This document shows positions 9,909 through 20,520 of a stretch of 64,000 nucleotides of DNA, one piece after another (positions within the stretch are counted from its first letter, which is position 1; each line of letters begins with the position of its first letter). The stretch covers positions 55,121-119,120 of IMG/VR virus record IMGVR_UViG_3300017911_002159, one strand, 5' to 3'. Under the pieces are notes generated by a model. That model ran no database searches and was not told the origin of the DNA. It saw only the letters and a program-made list of their open reading frames with translations. This DNA is from a virus (taxonomy: Duplodnaviria; Caudoviricetes). The position numbers were made by a program, and so were the translations under genes.

Positions 9909-10576
9909 TGAAAATATCAAAAAATACAATTGATCTGTTGAAGAATTTTTCGACAATCAATCCTTCGTTATACGTGGAGTCTGGATCAACAATCCAGACT
10001 TCATCTCCTTACAAAAACATTTTTGCTTCTGCAGAGGTTGAAGAGGAGTTTGATCAACCTTTTGGTATCTATGAGTTAAGTAGATTTCTAAACATCATCT
10101 CTGTGATGCCAGACCCAAGTTTTGAGTTTCATGAGAAGTATGTACGGATTGTTTCCGGAAGACAAAGTGTCAAGTACCAGTATGCTTCTAAGGAAATGAT
10201 TTTAAATCAATCCGTAGATACCTCTGTAATCGATAGCTATGAGGGTGATGTTACCTTTAGCATGGCAAGTGCTGATCTAGTCTCTTTGAGAAAAGGTGCC
10301 TCTATCCTTGCAAAGCCAGAACTGCAGTTCGAATTTGCTAACAATGAAATCATAGCAAGGTCTATCGATTTAGAGAACAAGACCGTAGATGACTTCTCTA
10401 TTGTCATTTGTGAAACTTCTCAACACGTGTCCCTAGACCCTATTCCGTTCTCTATGGAGACCCTGAAGTTAATCGATGGAGACTACACAGTTTCCTTGGG
10501 TGACAACTCCTTCGGCGTTTTTAAGAACGTAGACATCCCTGTATATTATGCAATTACCACGAAAGCTTCGGTATGA
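9908..10576 (+). CDS. 45: sliding clamp gp45
   Basis: MKISKNTIDLLKNFSTINPS, FGIYELSRFL; start at coupled TGATG. Confidence 0.9.
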   Translation: MKISKNTIDLLKNFSTINPSLYVESGSTIQTSSPYKNIFASAEVEEEFDQPFGIYELSRFLNIISVMPDPSFEFHEKYVRIVSGRQSVKYQYASKEMILNQSVDTSVIDSYEGDVTFSMASADLVSLRKGASILAKPELQFEFANNEIIARSIDLENKTVDDFSIVICETSQHVSLDPIPFSMETLKLIDGDYTVSLGDNSFGVFKNVDIPVYYAITTKASV

Positions 10577-11508
10577 TTGATCAGTTCGTTTGGGTTGAAA
10601 AGTATCGACCCAAAAGATTGTCAGATGTGATTTTGCCTGAAAAAATCAAAGAGAAACTTCAAAAGCTACTTGATAGCAATGATATTCCGAATCTGATTTT
10701 TTCAGGTAGTTCTGGTTGTGGCAAAACAACAGTTGCCAAGGCGATGCTTGAAGAGCTTGGCTGTGACTACATGATGATCAATGGATCTATGGAAAGAAAC
10801 ATTGATACACTTCGGGTGAAGATCAAGGAATTTGCCTCCTCTGTGTCACTTTCCGGTGGCAGGAAGTACGTGATTATTGATGAGGCAGACTATCTGAATC
10901 TTCACTCGACTCAACCCGCCCTAAGAAACTTTATGGAAGAGTATTCTAGGAACTGTGGGTTTATCCTTACGTGTAACTACGTAAACCGAATCCTCGAACC
11001 ACTACGGTCTCGATGTTCTTCAATTGATTTTGCAATTCCTAAAGATGAAAAACAGGATATCATTGTTCAGTTTTTCAAGAGTGCTAAGTCAATTCTTGAT
11101 CAGGAAAATGTTAAGTACGAACAGAAAACACTGGCGATGGTTCTGGAAAAACATTTTCCAGATTTTAGAAAGACCCTTAACGAACTTCAGTATCATTCCT
11201 CAACAGGTGAGCTTAAAGCTGACTCTGTTAGATCTTACACAGAAAACTACAAAAAGCTTTTTGGTTTACTAAAAACTAAAAACTTTACAGAGATGAGGCA
11301 ATGGGTCACAGAGAATAATGACATTCACGCTGAGACCCTTTTTGACACCATCTTTTCTTTGTCAGATGAGTATATCGAAAGTTCGTCTGTGCCTCAGTTG
11401 GTTCTTATTCTTGCTGATTATCAGTACAAACAGGCGTTTGTATCTAACGTAGAAATCAACATAGTAGCATGTTTAACGGAAATCATGGCGGGTGTGGTGT
11501 TTAAATGA
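10573..11508 (+). CDS. 44: clamp loader large subunit gp44
   Basis: WVEKYRP, GSSGCGKT, DEAD, LRSRC. Confidence 0.95.
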   Translation: MIDQFVWVEKYRPKRLSDVILPEKIKEKLQKLLDSNDIPNLIFSGSSGCGKTTVAKAMLEELGCDYMMINGSMERNIDTLRVKIKEFASSVSLSGGRKYVIIDEADYLNLHSTQPALRNFMEEYSRNCGFILTCNYVNRILEPLRSRCSSIDFAIPKDEKQDIIVQFFKSAKSILDQENVKYEQKTLAMVLEKHFPDFRKTLNELQYHSSTGELKADSVRSYTENYKKLFGLLKTKNFTEMRQWVTENNDIHAETLFDTIFSLSDEYIESSSVPQLVLILADYQYKQAFVSNVEINIVACLTEIMAGVVFK

Positions 11509-11870
11509 CCATATTTGACGTGATTAAAAACATATCTGCAAGCAAAGATACCGTAAATTTTGAGGAAGATGACTACAACACACACGTAGTCAATAAGTCT
11601 TTCTCACTTTTTGTAGATACTATTCTTTATGCCAATGAAATGAATATGAGGCCTGACCTGTCAGCTAACAAAAATTACGCCTTCATGTTCAATTCTGTAC
11701 GGAAAAGAAAGAGGTTCAGTAAATGGCCTAAAAATAAGGCAACTAAAGACGAGGAGTTGGTTTCCAAAATATATAAATATAATCAGCACAAAACAAAACA
11801 GGTGATGAAATTGCTAAAAGAAGATGATCTACAAGTGCTGAGAGATCTTTATGAAGAGGGTGGAGAATGA
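11505..11870 (+). CDS. 62: clamp loader small subunit gp62
   Basis: DTILYANEMN, VRKRKRFSKW; synteny. Confidence 0.9.
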   Translation: MTIFDVIKNISASKDTVNFEEDDYNTHVVNKSFSLFVDTILYANEMNMRPDLSANKNYAFMFNSVRKRKRFSKWPKNKATKDEELVSKIYKYNQHKTKQVMKLLKEDDLQVLRDLYEEGGE

Positions 11871-12274
11871 AACCAGAGATTACTGATACATTTATCGAAG
11901 TTGAATTGAGCAGTGAAGACGATTTCCGGAAAATTCGGGAAACACTTACACGGATCGGGGTTTCATCTAGAAAAGAAAAGAAGCTATTTCAAAGCTGTCA
12001 TATTCTCCATAAGCAGGGTAAATACTACATCGTTCATTTCAAGCAGATGTTTGCTTTAGATGGCAAACCGTCTCACATGGATGACAACGATCAGGGTAGA
12101 CTCAATACCATTGCTAACCTGTTAGAAGAATGGAAACTTCTTAAAGTCAAATCTCCTGAAAAAACAAAAGAACCTGTCTCATCGATGAGCCAAATTAAAG
12201 TTGTGCCTTATCGAGAAAAAGAAGAATGGGAGTTAGTTCCCAAATATAATATAGGTTCAAAAAAGATGCCTTGA
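11867..12274 (+). CDS. regA: translational repressor RegA
   Basis: DDFRKIRETLTRIGV, QSCHILHKQGKYYIVHFK, WELVPKYNIG. Confidence 0.95.
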   Translation: MKPEITDTFIEVELSSEDDFRKIRETLTRIGVSSRKEKKLFQSCHILHKQGKYYIVHFKQMFALDGKPSHMDDNDQGRLNTIANLLEEWKLLKVKSPEKTKEPVSSMSQIKVVPYREKEEWELVPKYNIGSKKMP

Positions 12275-12292
12275 TCTCTAATTACATTTATG

Positions 12293-12300
12293 TATAAATA
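12293..12300 (+). promoter_or_regulatory. T4-type late promoter
   Basis: TATAAATA upstream of the hsp20 leader. Confidence 0.75.
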
Positions 12301-12359
12301 GAACCGTTGGATGCCGAAAGGGTTCAGCGGTTCTTTTTTGCTGTATAAGGAGAAAGCAC
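12301..12359 (+). promoter_or_regulatory. ROSE-like RNA thermometer 5'UTR
   Basis: Hairpin 12301-12333, then CUUUUUU(G)CU-GUAUA-AGGAGAAAG with UUGCU opposite the SD. Confidence 0.65.
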
Positions 12360-12785
12360 ATGAACAAAATTTATTTTGATTCGCCGTTTTTTATTGGGTT
12401 GGACCAAACACTCCAGACCTTAGAAAATTTAGCCTCACAACAACAAAATTATCCACCTTATAACATTATTGAAATGGAATCTGAGAGTTTTATCCTTCAG
12501 TTTGCTGTTTCAGGATTTGATCTAGAAGAGTTGGAAGTTGTTCATGACGGCACGGCTGCTAATAGAATCTTGACTGTAAAAGGTGAGAAAAAGAGAGAAG
12601 GCAGTGAAATCGACTACAACTACCTGCATCGTGGCATTTCGATGAAAAACTTCGAAAAGAAGTTTACCTTAGGTGAGTTTGTAGAAGTGGAAACGGTGAA
12701 GTTAAGACAAGGAATTCTAGAGATCAAGCTTGTCAAAAATATACCTGAAGAACAGAGACCTAAAGTGTTTAAGATAGAGTCTTAG
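12360..12785 (+). CDS. small heat shock protein (IbpA/Hsp20)
   Basis: NYPPYNI, AVSGF, YLHRGIS..F.K.FTL, GILEI.L..IPEE.RP. Confidence 0.93.
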   Translation: MNKIYFDSPFFIGLDQTLQTLENLASQQQNYPPYNIIEMESESFILQFAVSGFDLEELEVVHDGTAANRILTVKGEKKREGSEIDYNYLHRGISMKNFEKKFTLGEFVEVETVKLRQGILEIKLVKNIPEEQRPKVFKIES

Positions 12786-12790
12786 TCTTC

Positions 12791-12814
12791 AAGCCCCCGA
12801 AAGGGGGCTTTTTT
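12791..12814 (+). terminator. intrinsic terminator
   Basis: AAGCCCCC-GAAA-GGGGGCTTTTTT. Confidence 0.9.
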
Positions 12815-12858
12815 GTTTCCACCCATCGTGGTATACTTCATTGAAACTAGGAGATTTT

Positions 12859-15384
12859 ATGAAGTTTTACACTCGTTGTGACATGAAGAATGGCTTCTTC
12901 CACGTAAGAGGTTACAAAGACGGAAAACAATTCACAGAAAATCATAGAGCACACCCGTATCTGTTTGAGATAGACAGAAAAGACTCCGACACACCGTACA
13001 GAACTTTAGACGGCAGAAAAGTCTTCAAAAGAAGTTTTAACTCATACAATGAAATTTTCGCCACTAGAGAAGAGATCATCAACACAGCCAACCGTGAATG
13101 CTTCGGCATGGAACTTTCCATGTATCCGTTTCTTTACGACAACTACCGTGGCGAAATTGAGTATGATCCGGACGTTATACGAGTAGCAAACATCGATATC
13201 GAAGTTGCTGCCGATGACGGATTTCCAGATGTAAATGAAGCTCTAAAGCCTATTACAGCCATCACAATGCACTGTCAGGGTACGTACCATGTTTATGGTA
13301 TTGGTGATTACAAGCCCCACAGAGATGATGTCGTCTACCAAAATTTTGAATCTGAATATGATTTGATTGATAAATTTATTGACGACTGGAGAGAAATTAA
13401 TCCAGACGTGATAACAGGCTGGAACGTAGAAGGCTTTGACGTACCTTACATTATTAACCGGTTTGAAAGAATTGTAGGCTCCGTAAAAACCCAGCTTCTT
13501 TCTCCTTGGGGAATAATATCAACAAAACATGTAACAGTGAAGGGGAAGTTTGGCCAAGAATATGAGCAAAATGTTAAGTTTATTCTTGGAGTATCTGTTT
13601 TAGATTATCTGGCACTTTACAAAAAATTTACTTATAAAGCTCAAGAAAATTACCGACTGGATACCATTGCTTTTGTAGAGCTTGGTGATCGAAAGCTTGA
13701 TTACTCAGATCATGGATCTTTGTTAGAACTTTACCGAAACGACTATCAAAAATTCATAGAATACAACATCAAAGATGTTGAGATTGTGCAAAGGCTTGAA
13801 GAGAAACTTGGTATGCTTGAGCTAATATATGCTCTTGCCTTTGATGCCAAAGTGAACTTCCAAGATGCTTTGACTTCGGTAAAAATGTGGGACGTTATCA
13901 TCCACAATTATCTTATGGATAAGAAAATTGTAGTTCCAGCAAAACCTTTAGCTGTCTCTAAATCAGAAAAGATCAAAGGGGGATATGTCAAGGAACCTAT
14001 TCCGGGCATGTACAATTGGGTCTGTTCCTTCGATCTGAACTCACTGTATCCACACCTGATTATGCAGTACAATATTTCACCAGACACTTATAAGGGACAT
14101 TTGGGTGTAAATGTAACTGTTGACTCTATTCTTGGTGGTCAGCTCAACAAAGACGACATACAAGAAAGTTTAGATAAGAGCAATTGTTCTTTGACTGCTT
14201 CTGGATTTATGTTCACCAAAAATAAGAGAGGGTTTCTTCCTGAACTTATGGACAAAATGTACAAAGATAGAAAAATGTACAAGTCCAAGATGATTGAGGT
14301 GAAGAAAGAATTCGAGAAGACTGGAGACCTGAAGCTCAAAAAAGAGATATCCCGCCTCGATAATATGCAAATGGCCAAAAAGATTCAGCTTAATTCAGCA
14401 TATGGAGCTTTGGCCAATGAGTGGTTTCGGTGGTTTAACAACAACTATGCAGAATCGATTACTCTCTCTGGACAACTGTCAATTCGGTGGATTGAAAATA
14501 AGTTAAATACATACTTGAACAACATACTTGGAACTGAGGGAGAAGACTTCATTGTTGCGGCTGATACTGACTCTGTTTATGTTGTTCTTGATAAATTGGT
14601 TGAATTTTCTTTCTCGAATTTATCTGAGACACCAAAGGAAAAAATCGTTACCTTCTTGGATAAAGTCTGCTCTCAAAAGATCGAGCCTTTTATCGAAAAC
14701 TCTTATGAAGAGTTGGCTGAATACGTTAGAGCATATGATCAAAAAATGTTCATGAAGCGGGAATGCATTGCCGACAAAGGAATATGGACCGCTAAGAAAA
14801 GATATATCCTTAACGTTTATGATAACGAAGGTGTGAGATACAAAGAGCCAGAACTCAAGATAATGGGCATCGAAGCTATCAAGTCTTCTACGCCGACAAT
14901 CTGCCGAGACTACATCAAAGAAACTTTGAAGCTAATCATGACTTCTGATGAAGAAACTGTGATCCGACACATCACACATCTTAAAAGAAAGTTCAAAGAA
15001 AATAGTTTTGATGATGTTGCATTCCCAAGAAGTGCCAATAATATCAAAAAATATAATGACTCTGCATCCGTCTACAAAAAAGGGACGCCTATCCAAGTCA
15101 GGGGTTCTCTTCTTTATAATAAAATAATTAAAGACATGGGTCTCGATAAGAAATATCAGTATATCAAAGACGGAGACAAGATTAAGTTTTGTTATCTGAA
15201 AATGCCTAACCCCCTGAAAGATAACGTAATTTCTTGTGCATCGGGCATGCCAAGAGAAGTTGATTTAGACCAGTATATCGACTATAACAAACAATTCGAG
15301 AAGGGTTATCTTGAACCAGTTAAAACAATTCTCAACTCTATCGGTTGGGAGCATGAAAAGAGAAACACACTTCCGTTTTTATAG
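12859..15384 (+). CDS. 43: family B DNA polymerase gp43
   Basis: DIEV exo I, GWNVEGFD, FDLNSLYP, KIQLNSAYG, DTDS, KKRY; start at ATG 12859 behind AGGAG. Confidence 0.97.
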   Translation: MKFYTRCDMKNGFFHVRGYKDGKQFTENHRAHPYLFEIDRKDSDTPYRTLDGRKVFKRSFNSYNEIFATREEIINTANRECFGMELSMYPFLYDNYRGEIEYDPDVIRVANIDIEVAADDGFPDVNEALKPITAITMHCQGTYHVYGIGDYKPHRDDVVYQNFESEYDLIDKFIDDWREINPDVITGWNVEGFDVPYIINRFERIVGSVKTQLLSPWGIISTKHVTVKGKFGQEYEQNVKFILGVSVLDYLALYKKFTYKAQENYRLDTIAFVELGDRKLDYSDHGSLLELYRNDYQKFIEYNIKDVEIVQRLEEKLGMLELIYALAFDAKVNFQDALTSVKMWDVIIHNYLMDKKIVVPAKPLAVSKSEKIKGGYVKEPIPGMYNWVCSFDLNSLYPHLIMQYNISPDTYKGHLGVNVTVDSILGGQLNKDDIQESLDKSNCSLTASGFMFTKNKRGFLPELMDKMYKDRKMYKSKMIEVKKEFEKTGDLKLKKEISRLDNMQMAKKIQLNSAYGALANEWFRWFNNNYAESITLSGQLSIRWIENKLNTYLNNILGTEGEDFIVAADTDSVYVVLDKLVEFSFSNLSETPKEKIVTFLDKVCSQKIEPFIENSYEELAEYVRAYDQKMFMKRECIADKGIWTAKKRYILNVYDNEGVRYKEPELKIMGIEAIKSSTPTICRDYIKETLKLIMTSDEETVIRHITHLKRKFKENSFDDVAFPRSANNIKKYNDSASVYKKGTPIQVRGSLLYNKIIKDMGLDKKYQYIKDGDKIKFCYLKMPNPLKDNVISCASGMPREVDLDQYIDYNKQFEKGYLEPVKTILNSIGWEHEKRNTLPFL

Positions 15385-15393
15385 GAGTTTCAA

Positions 15394-16419
15394 ATGAGTG
15401 ATTTTTTTAGAAACCTTGCTGAAGAAGTTAAGGATATCGATACCAACATTTTGGCAGATGGTGAGAACGCTGCTGAGTTTTCGGGTTACATCGATACAGG
15501 CTGTTACATGCTTAATGCTGTCTTATCAGGTAGCATTTATGGGGGTGTTCCAAACAACAAGGTGACTGCCTTTGCTGGCGATCCTGCCACCGGCAAAACC
15601 TTCTTTGTGTTGTCTGCGGTAAGACAGTTCTTGGATTCAAACCCTAAATCTGGTGTCGTTTACTATGACACAGAGGCTGCGGTTACCAAGCAGATGATGG
15701 AAGACAGAGGCATTGACGTAAACCGAGTCATCTTAGCAGAGCCAGAGACTATCGAGTCTTTCCGTACCCACTCCCTTAAGTTTCTGGACAAGTACATGGC
15801 TTCTGGAAGCAAAGAAGATGAAATGCCACCAATGATGATGGTGCTTGATTCTTTGGGAATGATGTCTACCAACAAAGAGATGCAAGATTCTCATGATGGC
15901 AAAGATGTCCGAGACATGACGAAGGCACAAGTCATCAAAGGAACTTTCAGAACTCTGACCCTAAAGCTTGCCCGTGCTAAAGTTCCCCTTCTTATCACAA
16001 ACCATGTATATCAGGTTGTAGGTTCTTATGTTCCTACAAAAGATATGGGTGGCGGTAGTGGTCTTAAGTTTGCTGCGTCAACCATTGCTTATCTTTCGAA
16101 GAAGAAAGTTAAGGAAGGCACAGACGTTACAGGCAACATCATCAAGGTCACGATGAACAAGTCAAGACTCAGTAAAGAAAACTCTGTAGCCGAGGTTCTG
16201 CTGGACTACAAAAAGGGTCTGAGCAAGTGGTACGGTATGTTAGAGTTTGCTGAGAAGCACGGGATTGTTGAGAAGTCTGGTGCAAGATATAAGTTCCCTC
16301 AGGAAATTGCATCTGTGTTTGCTAAACATGTGTATGAAAGTCCAGAGCAGTATTTTACAGATGAAATCATGGAACAAATCGAAGAAAAAGTTAAACTAGA
16401 GTATAGCTACGGACAATGA
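15394..16419 (+). CDS. uvsX: RecA-like recombinase UvsX
   Basis: GDPATGKT, YYDTE, LDSLG, DMTKAQ, GGGSGLKFAAS. Confidence 0.95.
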   Translation: MSDFFRNLAEEVKDIDTNILADGENAAEFSGYIDTGCYMLNAVLSGSIYGGVPNNKVTAFAGDPATGKTFFVLSAVRQFLDSNPKSGVVYYDTEAAVTKQMMEDRGIDVNRVILAEPETIESFRTHSLKFLDKYMASGSKEDEMPPMMMVLDSLGMMSTNKEMQDSHDGKDVRDMTKAQVIKGTFRTLTLKLARAKVPLLITNHVYQVVGSYVPTKDMGGGSGLKFAASTIAYLSKKKVKEGTDVTGNIIKVTMNKSRLSKENSVAEVLLDYKKGLSKWYGMLEFAEKHGIVEKSGARYKFPQEIASVFAKHVYESPEQYFTDEIMEQIEEKVKLEYSYGQ

Positions 16420-17783
16420 TCGAAGATCTGATCCTATCAAACCTTGCCTTGAATGAAAAATATTCACGTAAGGTGTTGCCGTTTATTGACACTGCTTATT
16501 TTCATTCAAAGCATCACAAGATTGCCTTTGATCTTATAAGCAAACATATCGACAAGTATAATGAGCTTCCTTCCAGAAGCTCATTGCTTGTGGACTTAGA
16601 GTCAGTCGATAAACTCTCACATCAAGACTACAAAGAAGCAGAAAGTTTTGTCAAAACACTTTCTGTTAATGAAGCAGACCTCGACTGGCTTACCGATACA
16701 ACAGAAAAGTTTTGTCAGGACAAGGCTATCTACAATGCATTGATGAAATCAATCGAGATTGTGGATGATACGGAAGGAAAGTTATCAAAAGGATCTATCC
16801 CAAAGATTCTTACAGATGCTTTGTCTGTGTCTTTTGATACATCTATCGGTCACGATTTTTTCGATGACTATGCAGATCGGTATGATTTTTACCATAAAAA
16901 GGAAGAAAGAATTCCTTTTGATTTGGAATACATGAACCTGATCACGTCAGGCGGTCTTCCTAAAAAATCACTGAACATTGCAATTGCAGGAACAGGTGTC
17001 GGTAAGTCATTGTTCATGTGTCATTGTGCTGCTTCAAACCTGATCAATGGCCACAATGTCTTATATGTTACTTTGGAGATGGCTGAAGAAAAGATTGCAG
17101 AAAGAATAGATGCAAACCTCCTAGACATTCCTTTGGAGACTTTAACTGAGGTTTCTAAAGACAAATACGTGTCAAGGATGGAGAGGATAAAAACTAAAAC
17201 AGTAGGTAAGCTTATTGTTAAGGAGTATCCAACAGCTTCTGCAAATGCCAATCACTTTAGAAACTTGCTAAATGAACTAAAGATCAAAAAGAACTTTGTT
17301 CCAGACATCATCTACATTGACTATCTGAACATATGCTCTTCATCAAGAATCAAACATGGCTCTAATGTAAACTCTTATTCTTATATCAAGAGTATTGCTG
17401 AAGAACTTCGTGGTCTGGCTGTAGAGCATAATTTACCGATATTGAGCGCTACTCAAACAACAAGATCAGGATTTACCAGTTCTGATATTGGGCTTGAAGA
17501 CACGTCTGAATCTTTTGGTCTTCCAGCAACAGCAGACTTCATGTTTGCATTGATCAAAACTGATGAATTAGAAGAATTAGATCAGATTGTAGTCAAGCAG
17601 CTTAAGAACAGATACAATGATCCATCTAAATATAAAAGATTTGTTGTCGGAATAGACAGATCTAAGATGAGACTTTACGATGTGAACAATGAAGCACAAG
17701 AAGACGTTATCGATGGTCCAGTTTTCGATAAGACAAATGTAGCTGAAAAGTTTAACATGGATAAATTTAAGGACTTTATGTAG
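16416..17783 (+). CDS. 41: replicative helicase gp41
   Basis: AGTGVGKS, TLEMAEE, IDYLNI, SESFGLPATAD, QLKNRY. Confidence 0.95.
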   Translation: MIEDLILSNLALNEKYSRKVLPFIDTAYFHSKHHKIAFDLISKHIDKYNELPSRSSLLVDLESVDKLSHQDYKEAESFVKTLSVNEADLDWLTDTTEKFCQDKAIYNALMKSIEIVDDTEGKLSKGSIPKILTDALSVSFDTSIGHDFFDDYADRYDFYHKKEERIPFDLEYMNLITSGGLPKKSLNIAIAGTGVGKSLFMCHCAASNLINGHNVLYVTLEMAEEKIAERIDANLLDIPLETLTEVSKDKYVSRMERIKTKTVGKLIVKEYPTASANANHFRNLLNELKIKKNFVPDIIYIDYLNICSSSRIKHGSNVNSYSYIKSIAEELRGLAVEHNLPILSATQTTRSGFTSSDIGLEDTSESFGLPATADFMFALIKTDELEELDQIVVKQLKNRYNDPSKYKRFVVGIDRSKMRLYDVNNEAQEDVIDGPVFDKTNVAEKFNMDKFKDFM

Positions 17784-18457
17784 TGAGCCATTCGGTAAAT
17801 ATTATAGGAATCACAAATCCAACTATGATGGATGGGAGCGGAAAAAGAATAACAGCTTCCGACTACCTTTCATACGTTGCTAGAATTTCTAATCCTCAAA
17901 ATGAAAAAAATTTTGAAACAGCTACAGGTTTAATTAAGTATTTGATCAAACATGAGCACTGGTCTCCTTTTGAGATGATCAATATTGTCATGGAGATCAA
18001 GACTACAAGAGATATTGCTCGTCAGATCCTTAGACACAGATCTTTTTCTTTTCAAGAATTCTCACAACGATATGCAGACGCTTCTCAGTTAGGAATGGTG
18101 GAGCGTGAAACACGAATGCAAGATCCTAAGAATAGACAAAGTTCTATTACAACTACTGATAATGACTTGTCCAGAACTTGGACTATGAAACAACAACAAC
18201 TTATGCATGAGACTCAGCTTGCTTATAAGTGGGCTTTAGAAAACGGGATTGCCAAAGAACAGGCTAGAGTAGTCCTTCCAGAAGGTCTTCAGATGTCTCG
18301 AATGCATATGAACGGAACATTACGATCTTGGATGCATTACGTAAAACTTCGTTGTGGGAACGGTACACAAAGTGAACATCAGCAAGTAGCTCGACTCTGC
18401 AAAGATGTACTTGCTAGACATGTTCCCGCAGTTAAAGAATGGTTGGATGAAATTTAG
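17783..18457 (+). CDS. thyX: flavin-dependent thymidylate synthase
   Basis: HWSPFE, RHRSFSFQEFSQRY, EQAR.VLP. Confidence 0.95.
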   Translation: MSHSVNIIGITNPTMMDGSGKRITASDYLSYVARISNPQNEKNFETATGLIKYLIKHEHWSPFEMINIVMEIKTTRDIARQILRHRSFSFQEFSQRYADASQLGMVERETRMQDPKNRQSSITTTDNDLSRTWTMKQQQLMHETQLAYKWALENGIAKEQARVVLPEGLQMSRMHMNGTLRSWMHYVKLRCGNGTQSEHQQVARLCKDVLARHVPAVKEWLDEI

Positions 18458-18668
18458 AACAGAAAGATCAGAACAACATAATGCTTGGTTAGTGGTTCAA
18501 AATTCAAATGGTTTGATTGTCGTTGGGTTTGATAAGGCTAAATATGCTAACAGGACCAAGAACTTCCTAAATAGTGGAGGGGCTTTCGATGGTGATTGTC
18601 CATCCTTCTTTTGTAGGGAAGTTGAAATATTCGACGGGGATCTAAATGTCGGTAAACAAGAATCTTAG
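18447..18668 (+). CDS. hypothetical protein
   Basis: Overlapping ATG; LNSGGAFDG..PSFF motif. Confidence 0.55.
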   Translation: MKFRTERSEQHNAWLVVQNSNGLIVVGFDKAKYANRTKNFLNSGGAFDGDCPSFFCREVEIFDGDLNVGKQES

Positions 18669-19404
18669 TAAGTTAGCATTAAACGTTGATACAAACGGAG
18701 ACGTGACTAATGACGGTCTTGCCGTTGCATATTCCTCTAATGGTTATACCACTTCTACGTTTGTCTCGAACACATACTTTCAGAACAACAACAATCCCAA
18801 TGCCGTAACAAATGGTTACTTCCAAGCAACCTACACGGCTTCAGATGTTCTTACAAAAATTAAAACTGTCGATGGAGCCGGATCTGGTTTAGACGCTGAT
18901 CTTTTAGATGGTTCCAACTCATCTTTCTTCTTAGATGCTTCAAACATTAATGCTGGTACTTTAGCTTCAGGTAGATTGTCCGGTACATACGCTATTAATA
19001 TTTCTGGTGACGCTGACACTGTAGATGGTATTGAGGCAACTTCTTTAGTTTCTAACAACTCTCTGAATACCAGACTTGGTGGGTTTGTATCTAATAACTA
19101 CATTGACAATCAGCTTAGTACTAGAATCGGCATTAGGGCTACCAATACCTACGTCCAAGCTACGTTCACTTCAAACAACTATATTGATACTTTAAATGTT
19201 GTATCGAACAACTATTTTCAGGACAATGCTGGTGGTGGAGCTACTGGTGGAGGTTCTGACGAAATATTTTTCGAAAACGAACAAACTGTTACAACAAACT
19301 ATTCAATTACTTCGGGGAAGAATGCAATGTCGGCTGGACCCATATCTATTAACAGTGGTGTTACTGTAACAGTACCATCCGGATCAGAATGGACTATTGT
19401 ATAA
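18646..19404 (+). CDS. tail fibre-related protein
   Basis: DGAGSGLDADLLDG motif, SNNYFQ-type repeats, C-terminal FFENEQTV..NAMSAGPI..VPSGSEWTIV. Confidence 0.75.
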   Translation: MSVNKNLSKLALNVDTNGDVTNDGLAVAYSSNGYTTSTFVSNTYFQNNNNPNAVTNGYFQATYTASDVLTKIKTVDGAGSGLDADLLDGSNSSFFLDASNINAGTLASGRLSGTYAINISGDADTVDGIEATSLVSNNSLNTRLGGFVSNNYIDNQLSTRIGIRATNTYVQATFTSNNYIDTLNVVSNNYFQDNAGGGATGGGSDEIFFENEQTVTTNYSITSGKNAMSAGPISINSGVTVTVPSGSEWTIV

Positions 19405-19916
19405 TGAGCAAATTGAGACTTTACGGAACAACATCCGGTTACAAAGATTTAGTAGTACCTGCAGTATCTGATAACGCTGAAGTAAACATTGGCAACTTTG
19501 CTGCTAACTCATACCTACAAGATGCTTTAGGAAGCGCTGGGGTTCCTTCCGGAACAAAACAAATTTTTGTACAATCAGCAGCACCTACAGGATGGACTAA
19601 AGACACAACACATAATGACAAAGCTATGAGAGTGGTATCAGGATCTGTAAGCTCCGGAGGTTCCGATGCCTTCACAACTACGTTTGGCTCTGGCAAAACA
19701 ACAGCAGCACATACGCTTACTACTGATGAAATGCCTGCCCACACACACTCTTATAGTGCAGGGGTATCTACTACTAGAGGTAGTGGAGGTACATTTACCA
19801 GCTCTCAGCCCTCTGGTCAAACGACAGGTTCTACCGGCGGCGGAGGATCACACTCTCATAACCTTTCTGGTTTTGATCTACAATATGTAGATGTAATTAT
19901 AGCAACTAAGGATTAA
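19404..19916 (+). CDS. short tail fibre / collar-like protein
   Basis: FVQSAAPTGWTK, HTLTTDEMPAHTH, HSH triplets; coupled start. Confidence 0.75.
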   Translation: MSKLRLYGTTSGYKDLVVPAVSDNAEVNIGNFAANSYLQDALGSAGVPSGTKQIFVQSAAPTGWTKDTTHNDKAMRVVSGSVSSGGSDAFTTTFGSGKTTAAHTLTTDEMPAHTHSYSAGVSTTRGSGGTFTSSQPSGQTTGSTGGGGSHSHNLSGFDLQYVDVIIATKD

Positions 19917-19918
19917 TT

Positions 19919-20164
19919 ATGAAACTTTCTATCATTCCTGAAGACAACTCTATTGTAAAAAATGGAAATGGTTTGCTCTTCTCTAACAATCTAAACGATT
20001 ACCTTTCTACCAACATTCCTTCCGATGTTCATGCATTACAATGGAATGAAAACTCTGGAGAAATTGAATATGTAGAACAAGGAAGAGAAAATGAAACAAT
20101 TTCAGCTCTGCCTGATTGGGCAACAGAGTGCTCCGACCTGCATACAACCACCATTGCCTCCTAA
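19919..20164 (+). CDS. tail-fibre-associated small protein
   Basis: VHALQW...GEIEY; position in fibre cassette. Confidence 0.55.
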   Translation: MKLSIIPEDNSIVKNGNGLLFSNNLNDYLSTNIPSDVHALQWNENSGEIEYVEQGRENETISALPDWATECSDLHTTTIAS

Positions 20165-20190
20165 GATAACGCTTAATAAAAATATATATT

Positions 20191-20520
20191 ATGAAATTTG
20201 AATCTAAACAAAATTGTCCGTTAAATAATTTTGAACCTTGTAAGCAGTTAGAATGTGCTTGGTTTATTCAGCTAAGAGGGAACAATCCAAACACTGGTGA
20301 GGAAGTTGATGAGTGGGGTTGTGCTATTGCTTGGCAACCTATACTTGCCATTGAGGGAGCACAACAAATGAGACAAACTGGTGCTGCGGTAGAAAGCTTG
20401 AGAAATGAGTCGGTAAAAGCTAATCAACAGAACTTAATGGCTTTATATGACATAGCATCAGTCAATCCTCCTGCAAAAATATTAATTAATGATGATAGTG
20501 AAAATTTAAATGAAGATTGA
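20191..20520 (+). CDS. Cys-rich tail-fibre-associated protein
   Basis: CP..C..CAW..G.NPNTGE.VDEWGCAI.W. Confidence 0.6.
   Translation: MKFESKQNCPLNNFEPCKQLECAWFIQLRGNNPNTGEEVDEWGCAIAWQPILAIEGAQQMRQTGAAVESLRNESVKANQQNLMALYDIASVNPPAKILINDDSENLNED

Noticed and set aside
12859-15384. Intein, intron or split in DNA polymerase (also nrdJ, gene 41)
   Set aside because: Normal lengths, continuous motifs, no homing endonuclease signatures
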